From assembly GCA_030265395.1 (NCBI GenBank), contig JARFYF010000112.1, positions 18,046,525 to 18,105,123 on the forward strand: a stretch of DNA of 58,599 nucleotides. The letters run 5' to 3'. The position numbers were made by a program, and so were the translations under genes. Below, one piece after another: positions 29,201 through 41,200 of the stretch. The stretch is from Rhina ancylostomus. Lineage: Eukaryota. How positions within the stretch are numbered: position 1 is the first letter of the stretch; each line of letters opens with the position of its first letter. The notes under the pieces are model-generated. The model ran no database searches. It saw only the letters and a list, made by a program, of their open reading frames with translations, and was not told where the DNA came from.

Positions 29201-32200
29201 TCCAAACTGAAGTGTTAAGCATATAGCCAAAGCACTATATTAGACTCTAAACTTCCATTCTATAAGGCAAACAACTACCATGTCAGCTACTTAGCTTCAA
29301 GGGCTATGTGAAATAAAGTTATCTCATTATTTTACTTTTGGATGGAGAGGTAAGGAGGTGACTCATTTTCTACCTTTTCATGCAAAACACCTGTAGTACT
29401 CAAATCTATCATTATCTAATTAGTCACTTCTGAATTTGCAGCATTAACTACCTGGTAAAAACTGCCTTAAAGTTTATTTGAACTAGATAAGGCTCTGGTT
29501 TTAGCTTGTAAATTTGTATTTGAAAATATATGCTTGTGCCAAGAAAGTGATATACTGACTAAATAAGCATATTTTGCTAAAAATATAAAACTGTTCTTTC
29601 CAGATACTGACTGCCTACCAAGTTTCCAAAAAAACCTCTTGTTTTAGTATATTTTCACACTATTTAATCAAAGTTTGACATTGAGTTTTAGGAAAGAAAC
29701 TGGTTTAAACATTCACAAAAAAAAATCTCAATTAGTAACCCTTATTCTGATAAAGGATGGACAAAGGCATTCTATTTTCCAGAAAAAAAGACTTCACATA
29801 TACCACTCATTCCACCATAACAATTTAATAAAACAAACATTTCAATGTGAGTCTCAGCCTTCCATAAATTGTAGTTTCTACTTCAACAGGGGAACACCTG
29901 CATAGAATACCAGCAAGATTGGGCTTCTTATATTCTTTCCGTGGCACATTTTGAAACTGAACCTATACTCTACTACCTTAAAAGACAACAAATTGTGAGA
30001 TGGGCCAGACTATATTACAATAGTTCCACATACAAAAGAAAGTTCCAATCACACATTTAAATAGCACTTCTAGTGAAATAGCTTTTAGTCTGATTTCTCA
30101 TTACCCATCTATATCTCTTCAAAGATAAGCGAGTTTAACATAATAATTACTTGTCTTGCTGAGTTTTATCTGAAGAGAGAGTATTCCTGAATTGTACTGA
30201 AAATTAACCAGGATCTTTATGGGTAAGTAAACATTAAGATTTCTAATTTGCACAACATTCACAATTGAGTGAGCAAAATTTTCAAGGTCTAACATACAAA
30301 ACACAAATAATAGTGAAGAATAAAGATTCTGTTGTAATATTGTGCCTTATCATCCATTAATATATTTTGTATATGATGAATTATGCATTAATCCAGTCAC
30401 TTTTTTAAAATATGGCAAGTCAGTTTAGGGTTAATTAATCTGTTTTCTGGAATAGCTACATTTCTTTTGCACTGGGGTGTTAATCAGGCTTTTGTGCTCA
30501 CCATCTCAAGCACTCAGTCATGAGAACACAATTTTGTTGGTAAGTGCAAGCAAAATGGGCTGCAGTACAATCATTGTGAAATCAAAAATTTACTGACAGA
30601 TACAGAATGCCAAATCCTTCAGCTCTCTCCACTGCTGAATTCCAAGTGGAGTCCTGTGGTGGATTTATGGTGGGGAATTGACTTTCAGGTCCTGCACCAG
30701 CATCCATGTAGGCCCAGGACTCAAGGACTCATTGATTTCAAAAGGATTGTAGTGCTGTGGGTGTAAAGCATAGGGCAAGATACTTTTCTTTTAATTTCAT
30801 TAGCTTCATGAAGTTATGTATTTTCACTCATTTTATTTTATAATTATATTTACCATTTAATGTCTTTAGATATCCTGAATGTTAGATATATTTAAAAACT
30901 ATCAAATGACCCTCACAGTTTTTTTAACCAGCAAAGCTGGAAATAGAGGTTCTACTGGCTATGAAAGCTTTCAGGGTGGGGTTTCAATGGTGTACTTCAC
31001 TATGCTCAGGAAATGCTGCTGGGAAGTTTCTAAGTAGGGATATTGGCCTTACTCACCTTGATCTGCTAAATATGGTAATAGGGAGCCAGTGCATGGCAAG
31101 TTTGGGCCAGTAAGATTCGGGCCAGTAAGATTCGGGCCAGTAAGATTCAGCTCAGTAGATTTCAGTAACACAGTAAAGTGGAAAAAGGCTTGAATGCCCT
31201 TGTTTCATATTTTTAAATAGTCCATCTTTTTTGGGGAGCAGGAAATTGCAGCTTGGATTAATACACCTTCACATATGATTCCACAGCATATAACCGAGTA
31301 TGTTGATTTTTACAATAGTAGACGGCTGTTTTAGTAAGTGGTGGACAGGAATAGTTAAGAAGGTCAATTAAAAATGTTGTAAGTGTATACATTAGTTTAC
31401 ACATAGTTAAGGTGATTATAGCACTGTCAGTAAAGTGTAGAAACAGAAATAAAAAAAGTTCAGTGTCTAAGGAAAAGCAAACTGCCCCCTCCCCCCCATT
31501 CCATCAATTTAATCCCATTTCTTAATCAATTAAAGGTGATGAGTTGCACTCTTAGGAAATTGCTTAAGTGACAGGTGATTCTTTGCCCGAGGGAAGGACC
31601 ATTATAAGTCAATTTCACCTTGTCGTCAAGCAAATTCATGCATAACAATATAATTGTTATGAGTGATATTTCCAATTCAGAAACTTCTGTTTATAGCCCA
31701 GAAATTAAACCAGGTAAAATAGTTAATTCATTTGAAATTATGCATTCAATTTACAAGAATTGAATGGGAAAAATAATATAAATCGCTTGGCAAATTGAAA
31801 CAATGTTACTTGTGTTATTTGGCAGCCACATGCAGCCTTCCATCAATATTTCAATTTTAAAGTTATGGGTAAAGGCAACAGTTCAAAATTTGTCACAATT
31901 TACTGGACTTTTTAAGAAAAAATGTATATATCCCCTTCAACAAAAGCAATAATGGCACTGGTACTTGGCCAATCACCTCTTTTAGAAAGGAATTGGATAA
32001 CTAGCTCATTTAGAATTAATTTGTAGTGTTAAATAGCAGACAATTCTGTACATAATACTAGGATGTGATGTTATTTCAAAGAAGGCAAGTCTCCAGGTAG
32101 AATGGTTGTAATTTGAGGTTTTAAGTGCATTTTGCATTCATTTTGGGATTAACAGAAATTGTATTTCATAGAAAAATATTATTAACTTATACTTGTGAAG

Positions 32201-35200
32201 AGCTGATAGTTTTCTCTACTTTGCCCTCTCTGTACTTTTAATCGATGTCGATTAGTGGGCTGGGTTGGCTGACTTACTGACTGGTAGTTACTGCTGTAAC
32301 TATTGGGAATTCCTGTCTTTTCATTAGCAGGAAGGGATAGAACTAGTGGACTTGCTCACTGAGGCAATGACCTCCAAGATAGTGATGGTAGTCAAGAGTC
32401 TCTAAGTTTTTGTGTTGGGGGAATCTTCTGGTTGCAGCAATCCAGGTTTCGCCAAGATATTTTGGTGCACTGGATTGCTTCATTGTGACAGGAGGCTTCA
32501 GTCTAAGTGATACCATGAAAAAGAAAGAAGTCTCTGGATCAGTCTCGGATGCAGAAGGGAAAATGAATGTTGGGGGCATTGCATTTAATAGTTTGACATC
32601 TTTCTGGTATTAATTTGTCACTGATATTTTAAGCAGATTCCAACACACCTGGGGTACTGTATAAGCAGGAGAGGACAAGTTGACAAGACCCCTCCACTTG
32701 AGTATCCTTTCTGTCTGTTGTGGAATGGAGAATCTCCAAATCAACAGCAAAATCCAGAAGTGAAAGAAGGTGAAGTATTGATGAAGATCAAGCCTCCTTT
32801 TCTATTTAGATCCTAACTGATGCACCTTCCTGAATCTTCCACAATGCAACTTATTTCTCAAGTTAAGACAAGTGACCAACTATAGTTCTTGCCATTTGCA
32901 CGGATACCCTATAATCTTCTATTACAGAGTAGTGAAGGAATTTATGGGGGATAGTGAGTGATGGGGATTTCCACAAAACTTCTGCAATCACAGGAGAAGT
33001 ACCATGTCTTTGGGGGGAAATAAAGGAAAAGAAACCAGGTGTTTCCTAATGCTTTCTTCTGACTTTTGTAACTCAATCACTTTCCAAGGCAAAGAGAGGA
33101 TTACTTTATTGCTGGGGCTCTGATGTAGATTACATTTCTCCAACAAAAGCAATTAGTCTTCAATGGACTTCAGTATGTAAATTAGCTCCTCCCAAGGGCA
33201 AAGACCTAGGACTTAATTGGCTGTCCACTTCAAATACAATTTCACTTTGGGAACAGGCTGCTTTGCTGCCTCAGCGGTTAACTAAATAGTAAAAAATAAA
33301 ACTAGGAGGATCCTGGACTATTAAAACAGTTTACCCAAATTTCTGTTGAAGTGGGAATAAAATTGGATTTGACAATTTGAAGTGTGTTCACACAGGAGAT
33401 CCTACATGACCAATGCTGGAATAACGCTGTGTATACACATAACATGAGCATTATCCCAGTATCTTCATTCCTTACAAGGGAGAAATCTGCTATTTATTGT
33501 TGGGTGGAGAGGGTAAAATGGGGATCATAGTTGGGTTTGCAAGGAGCCAGATAGTTCAGAGAGGGGGATCAGGAGTGTGATGGTGCACATGATCAGGGTG
33601 GCATGTGGAGTCTGGACAGATTGCTGGGGGCAAAGGGTAAGCCAGATGATGATGGGTATCATGAAACCTCTGGCTGAGTGGGGTTCTGATGATAATGTGA
33701 AACTGATGTGACAATGACTCTGAATGAAGTGATAGCAGGCTAGCTATCAATCTTTCTCCCAGAGCTGAATAATTGACCTAATTGTTGAACTTCTAGCTGA
33801 TGAGGTATTGTCAAATGGTAAGCGTTGCAGCCTTTACTACCAAATAAGTGAATGTGTAGATGGTTGGATCTTCTGGCCCAAAAAGATTGCTCTCCAGTAC
33901 TTCATTTGAGCGGCAATAAATTCTATCAGTCAGAGCTGTGAAATTTGACTGTGTGCTCAATGCTGTCTTTAGTAACCTGCTGATGGATGAACATAGACTT
34001 TCACAGATATATTGCATGGTAATGTCTGGGAAGAATGAATTTAGTGTGACATCTTTTGTGTGTCAGCTACCTACAAGGTAACATTTGAGTCATGTTAATT
34101 CACTAGTTTATTCACTGACTGACAGAGTATTACCACGCCCCATATGAACCAAACAAAATGAAACTTCACATTATGCTGGATGTAGGCATTACTTTTATCT
34201 GCTATCATAACTTAAGCCCTTTTTATACTTTCTCCATTTGTACAAAAATTGAACTTTTTTTTTACTGATCTTCCTATGAAGCTGTATATAATCAGAGGGG
34301 CATTAAATGAACTATTTACCTGCAAACTTCTGACCTTTCCATTTTTAACTGCTGATCCTTGGGATGTCCGTGAGTTCTTTACAGCAGAAATTTTTCCATT
34401 ATGTGATTGTTCATCAAGGTCTTTATTCAGCTGAGAGAGTTTTGCAAGTTTACTTGCCTTTTTAGGGGATTTTGTCTTTTCATCTGTTAGGCAGTTATTT
34501 TTGCTTTCACAAAGATCTTTATTTTTTGGTGTAAATGATACAAGAATCTTATTGCCAAACACATCTTCATTCTCCATACGCTTCTGTGCACGCTCAGCAC
34601 TTTCCTGGCTTGTAAAACGAAGGATTGCGCTGCTGCCAGTAATGCTTAAAACTTTTCCACCACAGTTATCAGACAAACGGCGCAGTCTGTTGCTGACTTG
34701 CTTGCTGTCTCTGTTGAGTGGCAAATTGTATGCATAAAGAAGAGTATGGCATTGCTAGAGAGGGGGAAAAAAAACAATGAATGGGCAGAAGGAAAAAAAA
34801 AGTCTATCTTATTTTAATTGTTCCTGCCCTCCACCCTATTGTGGACCTCTCCTCCCTAACCCCCTTTCTGCCTCGTCAGACCAGTGCATTTCTATCTATT
34901 CCCACTTTTGATGCAAAGCCATCAATCTAAAACATTATTTGTTTATTTCTATGCAGATTTTGCTTAATTGTTGTTGAATATTACCAGTATTGTTTATTTT
35001 AAATAAATATTATTGTTGGTTCAATCATGGAGAAAATAATTTTCTGGGGGGGGGTAACAAAGCAATTTCTTGAAGGAGCAGACTTTTCACAAGAACAGGT
35101 GAAATCCATGGTGGCTCTAAAATTCAATAAATTCCAGTTTAAAAAAAAAATTGCCACAAGTCAGAGTTCAGTTAACAGATATGGGTTTCATTAGTGGCAC

Positions 35201-38200
35201 AGTGGTTAAGTTACTGGACTAGTAACCCAGACACCATAACTAATAATAGAGACCCACAGTGGCTTGTGAAATTTAAATTCTGTTAATGATCCAGAATTTA
35301 AAAAAAATAAAACCAGTCTTCGTAATGATGAGCACATAACTACTGTAATGTCATTAAAAACATGCTGGCCTTGCCAGAAATGACCACTTCTTGGAAGTTG
35401 GGGGGAAAAAATTAAGTATTGAAGGAGAAAAGTGATCTTGCTTATGAGGAAAAAAGATACTTGAAATCTGCAAAGTATCCAAACCTCCTATAACTGTAGT
35501 TCTCATTAGCAACAAATAGAAATTTTTGGAATGACGTGTTATATAAGAATATACATGCCATTTAATCACACTGGGGGGAAAAAAACTTACTTGTGTTTTC
35601 TCAGGTAATCTTGGCGGTAAGTTAGAAACAAATTCTTCAAATTTGATATGTTTGTGTGCATGTTGTAAAAGTGCATCTGAAACTTGATTCTTATGCACCA
35701 AAATGATCTGAAAACCATGCCGATGCCGAAGGTCACTGAGTTCTGAGGCAAAGTTGACATCAGCTATAAAATGACCAAGGCACAATTATTAGAAAGAAAA
35801 AATTCTGACTCTAATCAATATCTCTTATATTTAAGCCAAAATATGACCAGAATCAGGTTTATTATCACTGACATATGACAAAATTTGATGTTTTTTGTGG
35901 CAGCAGTACAGTACAAATTTAAATTACAAAAATAATTTTTTAAAATTGGATCATTCAGAAATCTGACAGTGGAGAGGAAGAAGCTATTCCTGAATCATTG
36001 AGTTTCGGCCTTCAGGCTCCTGGATCTCCTCCCTGATGTCAGTAATGAGAAGAGGGCGTGGCCCAGAAGGTGACGGTCCTTAATGATGGATGCTGCCTTC
36101 TTGAGGCAGCACTTCTTGAAAGATGTCCTTAATGGTAGTGAGGGTTTGACAAGAAAAGACTTCTCTATGTTCATTCATTGTAGGCAAATTATTAGATATT
36201 GTAAATGATATATAAAATTCAAGATCTAAACAAGGGACACTTCATTGCACTGATCTAGATCCTGAAGAATTCTTGCTCCCACCATGACATCAATTTTAAT
36301 CACTTTATGCATTCTGGATCTTAAAAAAACTAAAACTGCTTTATTTAGGAGTGACATGGGCTGTACTAATTAATTGTCTTCTTACTGAGGAGATGAGACT
36401 GAGCTGGTATTCTGGTAACTTTTGCTCATGATCAATTTTTCCTGATAAAATTAAAATTGCTTTAGTGCATTGCTTACTTACAGGATACCAAAACAACAGT
36501 GGATGGAGCTGTGTGAGTATCAGCAAATCGCCTTAAACTCTGTCTAAGCTTGTCATCTGCAGCATTCTTAGCTGTCGCATTGATATGTGCAACTGTCACC
36601 TGTGTCAAAAAAAAGTGATTTTTTTTTAAAACAAAACATCACAACTTCACTACTAAAATGTACATCTTACAACCATAATATAGGGGAATTAAATAAAATT
36701 TAAAGATGTTAATAGTAATGTAAATCATTAGATGCAGGGCAGGAATTGCCCATTTGAACTCTCAAGGCATTGTCATACATTTACTAAGGTTCCAGAACTT
36801 TAACATAGAAACATTTTTAAACTTTAGAATTTTTTTTTCCAAGCTGAAATTTGTTTGTTTGTTTTAAATGTAGCACGTTAAATCCTTGAGATTCAGAAAA
36901 AAACACTCTTGGCAGATTATGCAGATAGCTTACCTGGCAGTTATTAAGTTCCTGGATAACTTCCTTGTTCTCTTTGCTAATATCACACACACACATGAAT
37001 TCTGCCTCTCTGTGGCCTTGGAAAAACTGTTGACGGATTCGCTGTACTATTGTCATGGCTGACCGTCCTGTTGGGACAGAGCAATTTTCTATATCCCAAA
37101 ACACCCCAATAGGTGGTAGATTCTCCTGCTGTTGACCTGGTATTGCTACATCTGGTGAACCTGTTTTTTTTTCAAAAAGAATTAGAGCCACATTTTCATG
37201 TATACTTTCTCGGGAACTTCCATTGCTAATGATTTTCATAATTTTATTTTTGAATTCCAAGTTCCTGAATAAAGTAATAACAACACAAATCTGCTTGTGA
37301 AAACATAATTTACATTCAACTTGGATCCACAAATCAGCACATCTGAAACATTTAGATAAACCAGTACAAGAATAATCCAACTATTTGTACATAGTATGAA
37401 GGCAGACAATACAGAGTAAATTTTAAAAAAACCTTGGAGAGTGTACAAAGGGAGCAAGGTTCACTATTTTCTGGAATATATTTTGAAAGAATCCTTGCCA
37501 TTAAAAGGAATAAGAAGACATTTGATACTTTTAAGCTTCAGGACAGCTTTCAATCTTTCAGCACAATAATTAGATTCTCAAAATTGTCAATTTACACTTT
37601 GAATTTAACAATGATTTACTGTTAATCCAAAATTACATCAACTATGTGCAGAATGTGACCTGGGTTTAGTGACATATAGAAAATTCGACTGTTTGAAAGC
37701 AACAACTAATTTTGTTCAATTTTGAAGAAACTTGTCCAAAACAAAATATACTCAAATATGAAAACGGATGATTAATTAATAAATTGATCTTCAAAGTGCT
37801 AGCTTGTATATTTAAACACAATTGCCTAGAAATTGGACCAGCTAAGATCCTTCTTTATGCACAAATCTGATGAAAGATGTTTTCATTGTTTTAACTGTTT
37901 GGTTTCATTTCCTGTTGAAACCCCACCCATAAAGAAATTTATGAGAGTACTGTTCGGAAGTCTGTGACCAGTAATTGGTGCTGGGACCTTTGTTGTTCAT
38001 GATGTATATTAACAACTTGGATGTGAATGTAGGAAGCATGATTAGGAAGTTTATGACTAACATGAAAGTTGGTGGTGTTGTGGATAGCAAGGAAGATTGT
38101 CTAAGGCTACAGCAGAATGTAGGTCAGAAGGAAAAGTGGGCAGAGTGTTGCAGATGGAATTTAATCCCAACAAATGTGAGGCAATGAATTTTGGGAAGTC

Positions 38201-41200
38201 AGATATTGGTAGGGGGACATATGCTGTAAATGAAGGAACACTAAGGAATGTTGATGAGCAGAGGGACCTTGGTTGTTCAAGCCCATAGCTTCCTCAAAGT
38301 GTCAACGTAAGTAGATAGAGTGAAGAATGAATGTGGTATGCTTGCCTTCAAAGGTCATAAAATATAAAAATTGGAATTTTATGTTTACAAAACAATGGTT
38401 TGACCTGGAGCAAAGTAACTGAGGGGTGAACTGATAAAGTATATACAATTAAGAGGCATAGGTAGGTTAGATGTTCAAGAATCTTTTCCTTGTAGGGGCA
38501 TCAAGAACAAGAGGGCTTGGTTTGAGTGAGAGGAAGGAGCTTTAAAGGGAATCTGAGGGGAATGTTTTTTTTACACTGAGTAGTTGATAATCTCCCTGCC
38601 AGAGGAGGGAGTAAAAGCAGATACAGAGACTACATTTAAGAAACATTGGGACAGGCACTTGAATATGCATGGCTTAGAAGAATATGGATCTAATACAGGC
38701 AAACTGGACTAGTGTAGATGGGTTTAAAAAGCTGGCATGGACGTAGTGACCCAAAGAACCAGTTTCTGTACAGTATGATTCTATGCCTGACTTTCTGTCA
38801 TGGCTGGTGTCCCTGAAATGTTTTGTCTATCAATGGTGTTCATCTTTTGTTGTGCCTACTCCTCACTGACAGAAATTGGATCAAAAGATCAATACTCATG
38901 ACCTGCATCGTTAACTCGGGAGTAAATCTTGCTGAAAATAGTGAATCATTTGTGATTTTATAAATCTTCCCCTGCCCAGTCATTTTAGATAATAAAAATA
39001 TCATTGCCAGTATCTGTGCACAGATACCTTCAGTTCAGAAATGTTGATCTATGGTTCTGCTGGTGTCCACTGTAACTCAGAGCAAGGTGGAGGGGTAGTG
39101 TTCCAGAGGGGTGTGTGGGTTCCTTCTGGAGAACGTGGATCTTACCCATCGACCACACCCAAGCCTTGCAATTGCTTCAATTCACCTCCCTTATGTACCC
39201 ATAATTCGTCTTTCTTCATCTCCATGGCAACATGTGTGACTGCCAGAGAGCTTTCACTTTATTGATGAGCGTTGCAAGAACCAGATAGCAACTGCAGATG
39301 GCATTCACAGATGTCATTGTGAATGAACAATTCAGGCTTTTACTGCTTCTTAAAGGCAGTAAACTGTGATACTATTTCTTGAGGTGAGGACATCAGTTTG
39401 CTTTGACCCCAACTTGGCATCCGCATATAACATAGTGGTCATTTAGCAGAAGAAAAATGGGTTAAATCCAATTTGTGATTCAGAAATCTTGGCTGATTAT
39501 AACCAAGTCTAATTTCAATGGAGATGAAAAATTCAGTACAGAATGGATGCAGTTAACAGAAAATAACTAATCTTCAATCAGTTTTGATCCATACTCATTC
39601 TGATTATGTACGAGTACATAGAATATATGCCACAGAAAAAAGCTATTTTGCTCAATCAGTTCACATGTTTATTCCTTTATTTATCCAGATTAATGTAGCC
39701 CTCTATTCCCTCCTCTGTCATATGATTGAGGAGCCTCCCATTGAATGTATCTTTAACGACTCTGTAATTGTGATTTTTCATATTTTCACCACAACTTGGG
39801 TAAAGAGGTTTCTTCTGAACTCCTACTGGATTAGGTTTGATTATAGTTCTTAGTCGGTATTCAAAGGAACAAAATGCAGAAAAGAAAAAGGTCCAGATCA
39901 ACAGAATCCTTGAAAGCACACCCCTTGCCAGCTATTCATGGAAATTATTAAAGTTGTCCATATCGCAAACTGATTAGAACATGTCCTTGTGATGACTTCA
40001 GTCTTAGAACATTAGTTTAAGTTCTTATTCAAGTTTTGTAATATGAGCATTGTTGCCAAGGAGAGTACTTATCGTGCTTTTTTAAAATGCTTCAGTCCTT
40101 CTAGTCAAGGTATTCCCACAATACTATTGGAAAGGGAATTCTGAAATTTAGACCCGGCAAGTCAGGATGGTGTGGCTTGGAGGTTGGGGTGCTTCCATGC
40201 ACCTAAGGCCCTTGTCCACCTTGGTGGTAGAGGTCTTGGATTTGGAAGGTATTGTGAGACAGCCAAGCTAAATAACTGCAGAGCATTTTCCTACTGGTTC
40301 ACACTGTAGTCTCTGTTGTGTTCTTTATTTTAGAGCCTGTCCAGTTAAGTTTCTGTTTAATGGGAAGCTGCAGGATATTGGTGTTGGATTAGGTGACAAT
40401 GATGCCATGTAACATTTAGTATCGGTAGTCTCTTATTCATCATGGTCATTACCTGTTTTTTATGTGGCACTTAAACTATAAGCAAATGTCTTAGTCTTCT
40501 TGCAGGCATGAACTGCTTTCTGAAGGAATCAAATAATGTGCATTCATCAGTGAATGTCTCCAATTTTGACCTTATGATGCAAGGAAGATCACTGAAGCAA
40601 CTTCTGAATATCGCTGCACTTTGCTGCAGGAGTTCCTCGGGGCTTAGTCCAATGTTCCATGGCTGGGATGACTGATCATCGACCATTGCAACTGGCTTCT
40701 TTAATATGGTATGACTAATGTATAGAATATTTTTGCCATGATCTCCATTGATCTCAGTTTTACCATGGTTCCTTAATGTCATACTGAGTCAAATGCTGAA
40801 CTGTTATCAAGGGCAGTCACTTTCACGTTACCTCTTTTAAACTTAGATGAGCTCAGTCAGCATGGCAGTAGGATCAATTTAGCTGAAGGCAAGTGAAGAG
40901 AATGTGAATTCTTTTTCATTATTTAATGCAGTTCACCTAAAACTGGACATATATGCCCATCAGATGAAGAATGGATTGGGATGGTTATGATGCCAAAAGG
41001 CTTGTGTTGCTGCTTTGCATGTGAAGATAAACAACACTTTTTTTCTATTCTTTTATGTAACTGACAATTTCCATCTTGTATTCTTCCTTGTAATTAAAGT
41101 ATGGATCATAAATAATGTACCAGAATACCCAAAAACTTGTAAGTTAATCTCCTGATTATCCCTGCCCAAGAAGGCAACTTCGCAGGAAGATGTCAATACA

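Noticed and set aside
31104-31148. CRISPR-like array
   Set aside because: Units are directly adjacent with no spacers, no cas genes, vertebrate intron.
35190-35240. tRNA gene
   Set aside because: Only an A-box-like head; no B box or cloverleaf; it is a SINE remnant.
36817-37380. 187-aa ORF suggesting a longer exon 5
   Set aside because: Only 36934-37160 is MARF1-like and bounded by splice sites; the rest is intronic read-through.
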